64,000 nucleotides of DNA from an uncultured Acidobacteriota bacterium (GCA_963822445.1 CAWGHO010000001.1:1056001-1120000); one strand, 5' to 3'. Numbered from the stretch's first letter, positions 30,469-40,792 are shown. Notes: generated by a model from the letters alone, not told the origin. Program-made: numbers and translations.

Positions 30469-30918
30469 ATGAGCAACAGCGGATTCAACAGCGGTACGGG
30501 CAACACCGGATCGATGGGCGGCGGTGGAGTGACCACCGGCCCCGGCACCAGCGGCACGGGCGCGTCGGGCACGACCCTTGGCTCCGGCACCGACTTCAGC
30601 ACCAAGAGTGGTTTCGGAACGCAGAGCGCGACCGATGACGCGATCTGCCCGCACTGCGGTCAGACCAAGAGCAAGGGCCTCGAGCAGTTCCTCGGCCGCC
30701 TCGGCATCACCGACGAGATGCTGAACAATCTCAAGGGGCAGTTCTCGAACGTCGACATCGACGAGTACATGAACACGGCCCGCGAGTATCTGAAGGACGG
30801 CGGCACGAAAGCCTCGACCTACGCGAAGGAGAACCCGGGCAAAGTCGCCGCGGGCGTGGCCGCTTTGGCGCTCGGCGCCGGGCTGATTTACGCGGCAGTG
30901 AATCGCGACAAGGCTTAA
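30469..30918 (+). CDS. Gly-rich protein with CPHC and an ElaB/YqjD-like C-terminal membrane anchor
   Basis: GGAGG RBS; YAKENPGKVAAGVAALALGAGLI tail. Confidence 0.6.
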   Translation: MSNSGFNSGTGNTGSMGGGGVTTGPGTSGTGASGTTLGSGTDFSTKSGFGTQSATDDAICPHCGQTKSKGLEQFLGRLGITDEMLNNLKGQFSNVDIDEYMNTAREYLKDGGTKASTYAKENPGKVAAGVAALALGAGLIYAAVNRDKA

Positions 30919-30928
30919 AGTCCGCGAT

Positions 30929-31750
30929 GTGAAATTGCATTTCGACTCGAAGGGGGACGGTCCGTTGGTCGTCCTCCTTCACGGTTTTCCGCAGTACCGC
31001 ATCGCCTGGCAGAAACAAATGCCCGTCCTCGCCGCGGCGGGCTATCGCGCGGTCGCCCCTGACCTGCGCGGCTACGGCGAATCACCCAAACCCACTTCCA
31101 TTGACGACTATCGAATGCCGCTCGTCGTCGAAGACGTCGCGGAGCTCATCCGCTCGCTGAACGATGGAAAGCCGTGCATCGTCATCGGACACGACTGGGG
31201 TGCTCTGGTCGCGTGGTTCCTGGCGATGATTCATCGCGATCTCGTGAGCCAGCTGGTGATCCTCAACGTTCCCCATCCGGCGCTCTTCGCGCGCGAGCTC
31301 AAACGAAGCGGAAAGCAGCGGGCGAAAGCGGCGTATCAGCTCTTCTTTCAATTGCCGGTGCTGCCCGAGCTGGTCATGCGGTTGTTCGGGCGGACGCTAA
31401 TGAAAAAGGCCGGACGATTCACTCCGGAGCAGATCGACGCGTTTGCCGCGAACTGGAAAACGTCCATGACGCCGATGCTGCACTACTACCGGGCCATGCG
31501 GAAAACGCGCGGCGAGCTGCGCAAGATCATGCGGCGGATCGACGTGCCGACCATGATCATCTGGGGCGAGTGGGAACCGGTTTTCCTGCCGCAGACGCTC
31601 GTCGGCACGGAGGAATGGGTGCCGCATCTGAGCATCGCGCGCGTACCCAAGGCCGGGCACTTCATTCAGAACGATGCGCCGGAACGGGTCAACGAGTTGT
31701 TGCTGGAGTTCCTGTCCGCCACTCGTTCCACTGATCCTCGACCGAGCTGA
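30929..31750 (+). CDS. Alpha/beta hydrolase (epoxide hydrolase-like)
   Basis: HGFP, APDLRGYG, GHDWG, AGHF. Confidence 0.92.
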   Translation: MKLHFDSKGDGPLVVLLHGFPQYRIAWQKQMPVLAAAGYRAVAPDLRGYGESPKPTSIDDYRMPLVVEDVAELIRSLNDGKPCIVIGHDWGALVAWFLAMIHRDLVSQLVILNVPHPALFARELKRSGKQRAKAAYQLFFQLPVLPELVMRLFGRTLMKKAGRFTPEQIDAFAANWKTSMTPMLHYYRAMRKTRGELRKIMRRIDVPTMIIWGEWEPVFLPQTLVGTEEWVPHLSIARVPKAGHFIQNDAPERVNELLLEFLSATRSTDPRPS

Positions 31751-32549
31751 CGAACGTCCGCCGCGGCGACCAGCCGAGTTTCTCGCGCGTTTCCGCGCTG
31801 GAGATGACCTGATCGACGGCCAGCGCGTCGGCGAACGATCCCATCGCCGTGCGCGCGACTTCGAGCGGCAGCTTTTCGATCGTACCGTTTGGTGCGATCG
31901 CCCGCGCCATCGTCTCCAGCGTGTCGTGCGAGTCGTCGATGCCGTGCAGCACGCCTTTCGGCTGCTGCTCGACGGCGCGCACGTACAGGTCGGCGAGCTC
32001 GCGAAGATCGACCATGGCCCAGCGATTCGTGCCGTCGCCGACGATCTGCAGCGGTTTGTTCTGCTCCGCGGCCGCGAACCAGGCGCCGAGAAGACTCTGC
32101 CTGCCGCCGTACACGCAACCGGGCCGGATGACCGCGCCGCCGGTGCCGAGGACACGCTCTTCGTGCGCCGGACGCCACGCCACGATCGGCAGCGGATTCA
32201 CGGGCGAGCCTTCGCTCGCCGAATCGGTGTTGCCGAGAACCCAGACGCCGGACGTGTAGACGAACGGGCGGTCGATGGCGGCGAAGGTCTCGACGGCCAC
32301 GCGATCAGCTTCGCCGCGCTCGGTCGACGAAAACGCGGCATGCACGAACGCGTCGTAACTTTCGAGCTGCTCGCGAAGAGAAGGCAGCGACGACAGATCG
32401 CCGCTGATCAGAACGACGCCGAGGTCGCGAAGGTTGCCGGTGTCGGATTCGGGGCGGACCAGCGCCGCGACTTCATGACCGTTGCGGCGAAGCGCGTTCG
32501 CGACTTCGCCGCCGATGTAGCCGGTTGCGCCGGTGAGGAAGATGCGCAT
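31689..32549 (-). CDS. NAD-dependent epimerase/dehydratase family protein
   Basis: TGATGYIG, YTSGVW, IRPGCVYG. Confidence 0.9.
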   Translation of the reverse strand: MRIFLTGATGYIGGEVANALRRNGHEVAALVRPESDTGNLRDLGVVLISGDLSSLPSLREQLESYDAFVHAAFSSTERGEADRVAVETFAAIDRPFVYTSGVWVLGNTDSASEGSPVNPLPIVAWRPAHEERVLGTGGAVIRPGCVYGGRQSLLGAWFAAAEQNKPLQIVGDGTNRWAMVDLRELADLYVRAVEQQPKGVLHGIDDSHDTLETMARAIAPNGTIEKLPLEVARTAMGSFADALAVDQVISSAETREKLGWSPRRTFVSSVEDQWNEWRTGTPATTR

Positions 32550-32572
32550 GAAGGAGCGCTACTTCTTGGCCA

Positions 32573-33991
32573 TTACTTTTTGCCCTTGGACTCCATGGCC
32601 CGTTTGAACGCCAGAGCCATCGCGCTCTCGCCCGCGGCCTCGTCGTTCCGCTCGTCCATGAACTTCGTGTACTCCTCACGCTCCACGGCGGCCTTCGCGG
32701 CCTCGTGGCTCAGGGAGATGCGCTTGCGCTGCGGATCGACGCTCATGATGCGAACCATGAGCTTCTCGCCCGCCGGGTGAAGAGACGTCGGATCCTGTCC
32801 CGGCGCCGCGGAGATCTCGGACACCGGAATGAGACCGGTCAGGCCCGGCTCGAGCTCGACGAAGATGCCCGGGGCCGCGCCATGGTCGACAGTTCCTTCG
32901 ACCACTTTGCCGATCGAGTAGCGCTGCGTCGCGGTCTCCCACGGGTCGTTCGTCGCCACTGCGCGAAGCGAGAGCGAGAGGCGCTTCTTGGACGGATCGA
33001 CTTCGCGAACCCAGCCCTGCACCGGAGTGCCGATCGCGACTTCCGGATCACCGGCCTTGATGCCGTGCGGAAGCTGCGAGACGTGCACGAGACCGTCGAG
33101 GCCCGGCTCCACTTCGACGAAGTAGCCGAAGTCGGTCGAGCGGACGATCTTGCCGTTGAAAGCGGTGCCCGGCGTGTAACGCGCCGCGACATCGGACCAG
33201 GGATCCGGCTCCTGATCTTTCATCGACAGCGAGATGCGCTTGCCGTCGTTCTCGATCTTGATGACCTTGACGTTCACTTCCTGGCCGACCTGAACGATTT
33301 CCTTAGGGTCGGTCACGCGGCGGCGGCTCATCTCGGAGACGTGCAGCAGACCGTCGATGCCGCCGAGGTCGACGAACGCGCCGAACGGCGTGAGAGTCTT
33401 GACGCGGCCGGTCAGCTCGGCGCCCGGGACGATGCGTCCGCGAGTCTCCGCGGCGCGCTCGGCGGCGGCTTCCTTCAGCAGCGCGGCGCGTGAAACGACG
33501 ACGCGGCGTCCGTCATCACTGAGCTCGGTGACCCGGAACTCGATGGTCTGGCCGACAAAGGAATCGGGATCCTCGATCTTGCCGAGGGCGATCTGGGAAA
33601 GCGGGCAGAAGGCACGGAGGCCGGCAACGCTGACTTCGAAGCCGCCTTTGTTGCGGCCGGTGACTTTTCCTTCGACCGGGAGGCGAGCCTCGAACGCGCC
33701 GCGGAGCTGGTCGAGCGATGCCTTGCCCTTGATCAGCTTGCGCGAGACGCGGATCTCGCCGCCCGCCTTGACGACAGTCGCTTCGATCTGGTCGCCGATG
33801 TCGAGCCCTTCCAGCTCGGCGGCATCCATCACGGCCTCGGACGGTCCACCGTAGGAGATGTAAGCGTCTTCGCCGGAGATCGAAACGATCGTCCCGCGAA
33901 GGGCCTCACCCTGCTGTGGAGTCTTGAGGTCCAGATTCTCCATCGCCTCGGCAAAAGACGTAGCCTCGGCGCTTTCTCTCGACTGACTCAT
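32573..33991 (-). CDS. Ribosomal protein S1-like multi-S1-domain protein
   Basis: Repeated S1 domains (FGAFVDLGGIDGLLHVSE, RISLS); 472 aa. Confidence 0.88.
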   Translation of the reverse strand: MSQSRESAEATSFAEAMENLDLKTPQQGEALRGTIVSISGEDAYISYGGPSEAVMDAAELEGLDIGDQIEATVVKAGGEIRVSRKLIKGKASLDQLRGAFEARLPVEGKVTGRNKGGFEVSVAGLRAFCPLSQIALGKIEDPDSFVGQTIEFRVTELSDDGRRVVVSRAALLKEAAAERAAETRGRIVPGAELTGRVKTLTPFGAFVDLGGIDGLLHVSEMSRRRVTDPKEIVQVGQEVNVKVIKIENDGKRISLSMKDQEPDPWSDVAARYTPGTAFNGKIVRSTDFGYFVEVEPGLDGLVHVSQLPHGIKAGDPEVAIGTPVQGWVREVDPSKKRLSLSLRAVATNDPWETATQRYSIGKVVEGTVDHGAAPGIFVELEPGLTGLIPVSEISAAPGQDPTSLHPAGEKLMVRIMSVDPQRKRISLSHEAAKAAVEREEYTKFMDERNDEAAGESAMALAFKRAMESKGKK

Positions 33992-34142
33992 GGGGTTGTT
34001 TGCTACCTTTCAGTGATTGGTTCTCGGTCCTGAGAACGGTTGGGACGCGAATGATACCCGAACTCCGAAGCGGCGTCACGACCGAGGGATGACGTGAACC
34101 GGGGCCGTCCGGAAAATATTTTGGCTGGGGCGGCGGGCGCGG

Positions 34143-35723
34143 CTACTCGACCATGAACGTCACGCGCCCGACGATGGGCTCGTTCGACGAATAAGGCTTC
34201 AGATTCTGGCCTTTATCGAGCGTTTGGATCCAGGCGACGATGTATTTGCCGCGGGCCTGCGCGCCGTCGAGGCTGATCTTTCCGGTGAAGTTCTGCCCGT
34301 CCTTGGAGGGATCGAAGTGGATGTTCAGCCGCTGGCCGCTCGGGCCGGTGACGAGTCCGCTGAGGGTTGCGCCGCCGCAGTTGTCGTCCTGAACCGTCGC
34401 CGTCACGTGGATCACCGCCGGCTGCCCGTTGGCGACGACAGTCGGCTCGAGGGCGAGCCCGGTGAGGACGGGCGCGAGGCTGTCGCACTTGTCCCCGGAG
34501 ACGGCCACCTGAATCGAGGAGACCATCTGGTTGTCGACGCGCACGGTGGTGGTGTTGTTGGCGTTGTCCTGCATCTGCACCTGCTCGAGCTGCCAGATGC
34601 CGCAGTCGACGCATTCGGGAACGTTGACGTTGCACTCCCACGCGCCGGTGCCGCCGACCTTGCAACCGAATCCGACGCGGGCCGACTTGGTCGGACTGAC
34701 AAACACGCCGCTGACGATCTTCACGCCGGCCTTGTCGTCCTCGGCCTGAACGAAGACGGTGTTCTTCTCCCCCGCCGCCATGGAGCGCTTGTCGACCCAG
34801 AGCTCCTTCAGCTCCGGTCCCTTCGAGTCGGAGCGCGCCGAGGTGACGCGGAAGGTCGCCGGGCCAGTCGGGAGGCCCTGGCCATAGGTGAGATTCACGC
34901 TGTTCGCGGCGTTGTCGGACATGGTCAGGTACTTGATGTGCCAGTTTCCTTCGGCACCATCTTTGGGAACGACGACTTTGGCGACGTAGCGATTCGTGTC
35001 CCCTTCGCGCTGCGCAGCAAAGCCATTCACCGTCGCGCCGGTGGGATTCGCGATCACTCCGGAGATCGTGCGAATGCCTGAGAGGTCGTCCTGGGCAACC
35101 ACTGCCAGCACGGTGGTCTCGCCGTCCTGCACCTGCTTGGGCATGAAGTCGAGGGTGAGCAGTTGCGGCGGACGGGTGTCGGATTCCGCATCCATCTCTT
35201 CGGCGAGTTTCACCTCTCTGCCGGAAGTCGAGGTCTGGCCCGATCCGCTTTGAGAGGCCTGCTGCTGTTGCTGCTGATTCGCGGACGGACGTGGCGCACG
35301 CGGTGCGGGCGGCGGTGCTGTGGCGGGCTTCTTCTCTTCGCCGATCCCGATCGCGCTGGCGACGCGCTGCAGGATCGACTGTTTCTCGGCAGGCTTCGGC
35401 GGAGCCGGGATCTGCACTCCCGGAGGCGGCGAGGAACGGAGCAGCTCCTGGTAGCGCTGATCGCGTGAGCTCTTGCTCGAGGTGCGCGTGGGCGCACTGG
35501 TCGCGTTCTCCGCGATCATGATCGTTCCGGTCTCGGGCGGAAGATCGTCCGCCGTCCGCGAAGTCACGTTCGCGCTCGTGGTGGTCGTCGCCGTCTCCGC
35601 GTTCCCCGGTGTTGCTTCGTTCGCGACCGTGGCTTCGAAGGTGCGCAGACGGAAGAAGATCGCCGCCACGAACGCGAGGCCGAGGATGACGAAGAACGAG
35701 GTGAGGAACGAGGGCCGTTTCAG
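34143..35723 (-). CDS. Membrane-anchored protein with low-complexity linker and three Ig-like repeats; probable CTG start
   Basis: TM FFVILGLAFVAAIFF; three D-x2-[PGA]-P-x-L...DD..G...D..[N/Q]N repeats; CTG overlaps the apaG stop. Confidence 0.65.
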   Translation of the reverse strand: MKRPSFLTSFFVILGLAFVAAIFFRLRTFEATVANEATPGNAETATTTTSANVTSRTADDLPPETGTIMIAENATSAPTRTSSKSSRDQRYQELLRSSPPPGVQIPAPPKPAEKQSILQRVASAIGIGEEKKPATAPPPAPRAPRPSANQQQQQQASQSGSGQTSTSGREVKLAEEMDAESDTRPPQLLTLDFMPKQVQDGETTVLAVVAQDDLSGIRTISGVIANPTGATVNGFAAQREGDTNRYVAKVVVPKDGAEGNWHIKYLTMSDNAANSVNLTYGQGLPTGPATFRVTSARSDSKGPELKELWVDKRSMAAGEKNTVFVQAEDDKAGVKIVSGVFVSPTKSARVGFGCKVGGTGAWECNVNVPECVDCGIWQLEQVQMQDNANNTTTVRVDNQMVSSIQVAVSGDKCDSLAPVLTGLALEPTVVANGQPAVIHVTATVQDDNCGGATLSGLVTGPSGQRLNIHFDPSKDGQNFTGKISLDGAQARGKYIVAWIQTLDKGQNLKPYSSNEPIVGRVTFMVE

Positions 35724-36103
35724 TTGACCACTCCCGGTGCGGCCAGAGTGAAGGGCGCGATCTGCGCCTCGAACGTGTCGCCCGAGCGCGTGCGCATCGT
35801 GTAGGTGCCGTGCATCATGCCGACGTCGGTCGTCAGCGGGCAGAAGCTGGTGTACTGGTACGACATCCCCGGATCGAGCACCGGGAAATCGCCGACGACG
35901 CCCGGACCCTGGACGGTCTCGACGTCGCCGTTGCCGTCGGTGATGATCCATTCACGGCTGACCAGTTGCGCGGTCTCGTTGCCCACATTCGATATACGAA
36001 CGTGGTAGGCGTAGTAGTACTCGGCGCTGCCGGGGTCGCTACGATCGGCAAGGTACTCGCTCTCGACCTGGATACGGATCCCGCGGGTAGTGGCATCGGA
36101 CAT
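35720..36103 (-). CDS. apaG: ApaG
   Basis: QLVSREWIITDG, GPGVVG, YTSFCPL, GMMHGTY. Confidence 0.95.
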   Translation of the reverse strand: MSDATTRGIRIQVESEYLADRSDPGSAEYYYAYHVRISNVGNETAQLVSREWIITDGNGDVETVQGPGVVGDFPVLDPGMSYQYTSFCPLTTDVGMMHGTYTMRTRSGDTFEAQIAPFTLAAPGVVN

Positions 36104-36107
36104 GGCG

Positions 36108-37478
36108 TTGTCAAAAATTATCACACTGATTTCCATCACTCTCGCCGCGTGCGCGCGGGCTGCGGTGCCCGTCACGCCGCCGGCGCCTGTTACTCCCCCA
36201 CCGCCGCCCGAGCTCTCGACGATCGTCGTGCCGATCCGCGCGAGCCTCGCGCCGCTGCTGCCCGAGCTCGAGGCGCGGGTCCCGAAAACGTTCAAGGACA
36301 AGCAGCGCGAGCGCGGGATCGACGTGCGCTACGAGGTCGCACGCGATCCGTTGAAGCTGAACATGGTCGGTGCCGGTCTGCATGCCACCACGACCGTGAA
36401 ATATGCGATCGAAGCCTGTCGCGGCCGCTTCCCGTGCGTTTCCTGCGGGTTCAGCGAGGCGCGGCGCGAAGCGAAAATCACCCTGCACACGAAGCTCGAT
36501 TGGGATCCGGCCTGGCGACTTCGCTCGACGACGAAGCCGCTGCCGGTGCATTACGCGAAGCCGTGCGCGGTGACGTGGTTCGACATCGACGTGACCCGCC
36601 GCTTCGTCGCGCCGGCCGTGAACGATCAACTGGCGATCGCCGCGCGGACGATCGATCGCAACACTCCCGCGCTGGCGTCGATCAAGCCTCAGGCGGAACA
36701 GATCTGGACGGCGCTGCAGACGCCGATGGAGATCGCCCCGCGGACCTGGCTGACGATCGAACCTTCGGAGGTCGCGCTGACTCCGATCAGCGGATCGGGA
36801 CCGAACGTGAACAGCTCCCTCTCGCTGCGCGCTCTCACGCGGGTGGTCGTCGGCGAGAAGCCGCAGGTCGCACGCAAACCACTGCCGGCGTTGAAAGTCG
36901 CCAGCGGCACGTCGACCGGCCTGCGCGTGCCGTTCAATCTCGAGCTGCCGTACGACGACGCCAGCCGGCTGGCGACGAAGGAGCTGGCCGGCAAGTCGTA
37001 CAAGGTCAACGGAAAGCCGCTGACGATCGAGTCGCTGAAACTGCTGCCGGCAACGAACGGCAAGGTGTTGATCGAGGCGGCGATCGATTACCGCGGCGGG
37101 AAGCTGCGCAACTACAAAGGCATGGTCTGGTTGGAGGGAACGCCGCGCTTCGATCCCGCGACGGCCAGCGTGATCGTGCCCGATCTCGACTACACGCTCG
37201 ACCCGAAACGCCGCGGCGTGATTACGCGCCTGCTCGAGCGCGCCGCGCACTCTTCGATCCGCGACCGCCTCCGCGAGAACGCCCGCTTCGACCTCGGCAC
37301 CCGCATCAACGAAATGCGAGCCGAGATCACCAAAGCGCTGACGCGCAAGCTCGGCCCGGGCGTGAACGTGCGCGGGCGCATCGATGCGATCCAGCCCGTC
37401 GCGGCGACGCCGCTGCCGAGCGTGCTGGTGGTACGGGTCATTGCGACGGGGATCGCGGAGGTAACGATTGAGCACTAG
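36108..37478 (+). CDS. DUF4403-like lipoprotein
   Basis: LAAC lipobox; STIVVPI; IWTALQTP...WLTIEP; start uncertain. Confidence 0.65.
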   Translation: MSKIITLISITLAACARAAVPVTPPAPVTPPPPPELSTIVVPIRASLAPLLPELEARVPKTFKDKQRERGIDVRYEVARDPLKLNMVGAGLHATTTVKYAIEACRGRFPCVSCGFSEARREAKITLHTKLDWDPAWRLRSTTKPLPVHYAKPCAVTWFDIDVTRRFVAPAVNDQLAIAARTIDRNTPALASIKPQAEQIWTALQTPMEIAPRTWLTIEPSEVALTPISGSGPNVNSSLSLRALTRVVVGEKPQVARKPLPALKVASGTSTGLRVPFNLELPYDDASRLATKELAGKSYKVNGKPLTIESLKLLPATNGKVLIEAAIDYRGGKLRNYKGMVWLEGTPRFDPATASVIVPDLDYTLDPKRRGVITRLLERAAHSSIRDRLRENARFDLGTRINEMRAEITKALTRKLGPGVNVRGRIDAIQPVAATPLPSVLVVRVIATGIAEVTIEH

Positions 37479-37755
37479 AACGAACGTGACGATTACGACG
37501 GATGGCGGGTTCACCGGACGCGGAATCGGCAGCGCCGGCGCGGAGGTCGAGGACGACTTCGTCGCGCAACTCGACGTGGATTCGTGGCAGGAGAGCTACA
37601 CGGCGCCGGGCGCGGATCTGATCCGGTACGCGCTGGAGATCGGCGGGCGCCGCGTGACCTGGATGGAAGGGGCGAAGATCCCTGACGATCTGCGCGAGCT
37701 GTTCGAGCGGGTCTGGAACAAAAAGCCGGGCCGCCACGAGGGCGGCCCGGCCTGA
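37468..37755 (+). CDS. Emfourin-like (protealysin inhibitor family) protein
   Basis: 95 aa; GGFTG and ADLIRYALEI resemble the emfourin GGFAG and AD..xY motifs; adjacent to an M4 protease. Confidence 0.65.
   Translation: MSTRTNVTITTDGGFTGRGIGSAGAEVEDDFVAQLDVDSWQESYTAPGADLIRYALEIGGRRVTWMEGAKIPDDLRELFERVWNKKPGRHEGGPA
37719..37752 (-). terminator. Intrinsic terminator of the M4 gene
   Basis: GCCGGGCCGCC-loop-GGCGGCCCGGC followed by TTTTT on the minus strand. Confidence 0.75.
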
Positions 37756-37776
37756 AGTCAGATTACGGTTTGGCGG

Positions 37777-39925
37777 TTACGGCTTGGTGGTGCAGAGGGT
37801 GAAGCTGCCGCTGCCGCTGTACGCGTACACGCGCCAGCGATAGGTGCCGGACGTGCCGCTGTAGGTCACGTTCTCGATCGACGTGGCGCTCTCGCCTGCC
37901 GCGACGCTCGACCAGCTCGCGCCGTTCCACTTCTGCAGATAGAGATCGAAGTCCGGGCCGCTCGGTCCGGTGAGCTTGCCTGTGTGCGAGCCGCTCACGC
38001 TGGAGGTGTACTGCGCCGAGTACCAGTTCGCGCCGGTACCGGACAGCGATCCGGAAACGCTCGTGCAAGCTGCGGCGCCCGTGTACGTCGCGCGGAGCGT
38101 GACGCTGGAGTACGTCGAGTAGGCGTACAGGCTGATGTACCAGTCGCCCGCGACAGGATTCGTGACCGAGACGGTCTCATTGTTGCCGTTGAGATACGGG
38201 CGGTAGTCCCACACGGACGAAGTCGGCTGCGCGCCGCGCTTCACGTACATGTCCGCGTCGCCGCTGCCACCCGACATCACGATGTCGAGCTTCGTCTGTC
38301 CCGAAGGAACGGCGATCTTGTAGTGCTTCCAGGCGCCGGTGGAGGCGCCGATGCCGGTGACGGCAACGCCGTTGGTCAGCGTAGTCGTGCCCGTGCCGCC
38401 GCCACCCGGGGTTCCCGGAACGCCGACAGCGTCCCAGCCCTTGTGCACCGCGGCGGCCGCGGTGGCGCCGTAGAGGTCAGTCGCCGCCTGGGCGGTGGCG
38501 GTGCGCGCGGCCTGGAAGTTGGAGGAGGAGGTCATGTAGACCGTCAGCGCGCGATACCAGATCTTCGCGGCCATATCGATCGAGGTCATGGCCGTGGCGC
38601 TGAGCGCGGGAACGCTGACCGTGGTCTTGCCACGCGGGTGCGTTCCGCCGGTGACCATCAGCTTCCAGGCGAGGTTGGCGATGCCGGAGTTGAGGTGAAC
38701 GCCGCCGTAGTCACCGGTGCCGGTGTAGCGGGTCGGGTAGTAGTCGTAGGAGCTGCCGTCGGCGATGGGGTCGTTCATGTAACGGAGCGCGTCCCCGGCA
38801 GTGCCAGGCGTGGTGATGTCCTCGCCGACTTTCCAGGTGTCGCTGCTCACAGCGCCGTCTTTCCACGCTTCCACGGCGGCGGCCATGATGTCCGACGTTC
38901 CTTCGTTCAGCGCGCCCGACTCGTTCGAGTACGTGAGGTTGGCGCTGTAGGTGGTGACGGCGTGCGTGAGCTCGTGCGCACCGACGTCGAGCGCGTTGCC
39001 GAGCATGTAGAACTGCGATCCGTCGCCGTCGCCGTAAACGAGCTGGCTGCCGTTCCAGAAGGCGTTGTTGTAGTTCACCTGATGGTGAACCGTGGTCTTG
39101 ATCTGCGCGCCCGCGTTGTTGAACGAGTCGCGGTTGTGCACGTTCTTGTAGTAGTCGTACGAGGTGGCCGCGTGCGCATGCGCCGTGGAGATGGCGCTGT
39201 CGGTGGTCGAGCCGCCGGTCTCCGTCAGCACGAGCGTGCCCGGGAGCGAAGAGCTGTTGTTGCCGTTGTAGGTGGCCCGGTTGCGAGCGCGATGGATCTG
39301 CGCGTCGCGCAGCACGAGGTCGCCCGTGACCGCGTTCGCGTACACGATGTCGCGCTGCTCGCCCTGCTCGTCGATGTATTCGATCGTGCCGCGCCACGCC
39401 AGGTACGCCGAACCTTTCTCGGTGGCGACGTAGACCAGCGCTGCCCGCACGTCGTTCCAGCGGCCGCCGGCGATGCCGGCCTGCGAAGCGGCCTGCTCGA
39501 GCGCGGCCCAGCCGTTGATGGAGGGGTTCCGCGGCAGATCATGGTCCGGCGCGAAACGGCCGTTCGATCGCGTAGACCTTGCCGCTGCCGTCAGCGTGAA
39601 CGATGTACTCGGCGCCGTAGACCGGCAGTCCGCGCAGACGCTGCTGCAGGCGGACGTGGGTGTGGCCGAAGTTGTCCTTCGTCGACCCGATGGCCTCGAA
39701 GTCTTCGGTGCCCGCGCCTCCGAGAAGGGCGCGCTGCCCTCTCAGAAAGTCGGCGGCGGCGTTGCTGGTCGCACCAGGGCCGAGCTGCCCCAGCTCGCCC
39801 GTGACGAACGTCGGAACGCCCCTCGCGTCGGTGTCGGTGATCTTGATCTTGCTCTCGGAGGAGGGATTCTTGGCGAACGCCATCGTGGCGGTCAGAAGCA
39901 GTGAGACCCACAGTGTTTTTTTCAT
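37777..39925 (-). CDS. Secreted M4 (thermolysin-family) metalloprotease with PPC domain; frameshifts in the propeptide around 39450-39545
   Basis: FTP propeptide (GHTHVRLQQ..GLPV); NNAFW, HELTH, GALNEG, GVHLNSG; GDADMYV. Confidence 0.92.
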
Positions 39926-40078
39926 GTCCGTCCTTTTTTTCTTTCGAAGGCCGGGCGGACCCAATGGCAACGCGCGCGCCACCACGTAAGTCATTGATTC
40001 TATTGAAGAGTGAATCGAAATGGATCAGTGAACGACCCGTTACGGAGCCAATTTGGGGTCAAAAACTGAGCAGGCGGG

Positions 40079-40295
40079 TCAGATGTTCACGGCCTGATCG
40101 CCATCGGGAGAAAAAACGTCTTCGATCCTCGATGCAAACAGTCTGGCGATGGCGAAAGCGAGCGGCAGGCTGGGGTCGTATTTGCCGGTCTCGATGGCGT
40201 TGATGGTCTGGCGGGAGACGTTCGAACCGGTCCGCAACCTCGGCCTGCGACCAGCGCTTCTCCGCCCTGAGCACGCGCAAGCGGTTGTTCATCAT
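40079..40295 (-). CDS. Small XRE/Cro-C1 HTH regulator, frameshift near 40222
   Basis: MNNRLRVLRAEKRWSQAEVA then VSRQTINAIETGKYDPSLPLAF in a shifted frame. Confidence 0.88.
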
Positions 40296-40714
40296 TGCTC
40301 CCCCGCCACGGCGTAACGCCGCGCAACGATCCACTGCCCGGCCATCCAGGTGAGGATCATGATCAGCGACGGATCGTTGAAGTCGAGCTTCGGCGCGCCG
40401 AGCCGCTCGCAGAGGCGGTAAGTCATCATCACAACCATCCCGATCCCGAACGCGAACGCCAAGGCCTCGAGATGCACCCTGCGCAGCAGCTCGTCGGCCT
40501 GCCGGAGGAAGAGCACGTAACTGCACATGGTCAAAACCATCAGCGACGCGGTGATCGCCGTGAGCAGCCAGGCGACCGGCCTGGAGATGAACTTCCCGTC
40601 GATGAGCAGCGTCGACGCGGCAAACGCGGACATCGCCCCGATCATCCACGAGGCGAAAACGCGGTAGTTGTGGGAGTCCCGAGGGGTGAAGAGATTGGCG
40701 TAGGGCTCGGTCAT
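40292..40714 (-). CDS. Four-TM membrane protein coupled to the XRE gene
   Basis: DELLRRVHLEALAFAF; GGAGG RBS; stop overlaps the XRE start. Confidence 0.75.
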   Translation of the reverse strand: MTEPYANLFTPRDSHNYRVFASWMIGAMSAFAASTLLIDGKFISRPVAWLLTAITASLMVLTMCSYVLFLRQADELLRRVHLEALAFAFGIGMVVMMTYRLCERLGAPKLDFNDPSLIMILTWMAGQWIVARRYAVAGEQ

Positions 40715-40723
40715 TACGGCCTC

Positions 40724-40787
40724 CTTATGTCAATGTTGCTTGACATAAGGTAGGGCGAATGTGGCGGATTGTCAAGTGTGCTTGACA
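40724..40787. promoter_or_regulatory. Twin operators TGTCAA-N6-TTGACA (40728-40745 and 40770-40787)
   Basis: Two palindromes 42 bp apart directly upstream of the membrane protein-XRE operon. Confidence 0.75.
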
Positions 40788-40792
40788 TTCCG

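Noticed and set aside
33992-34142. Riboswitch or ncRNA upstream of the S1-like gene
   Set aside because: Only short hairpins were seen and no recognisable aptamer consensus. An Rfam search would be needed.
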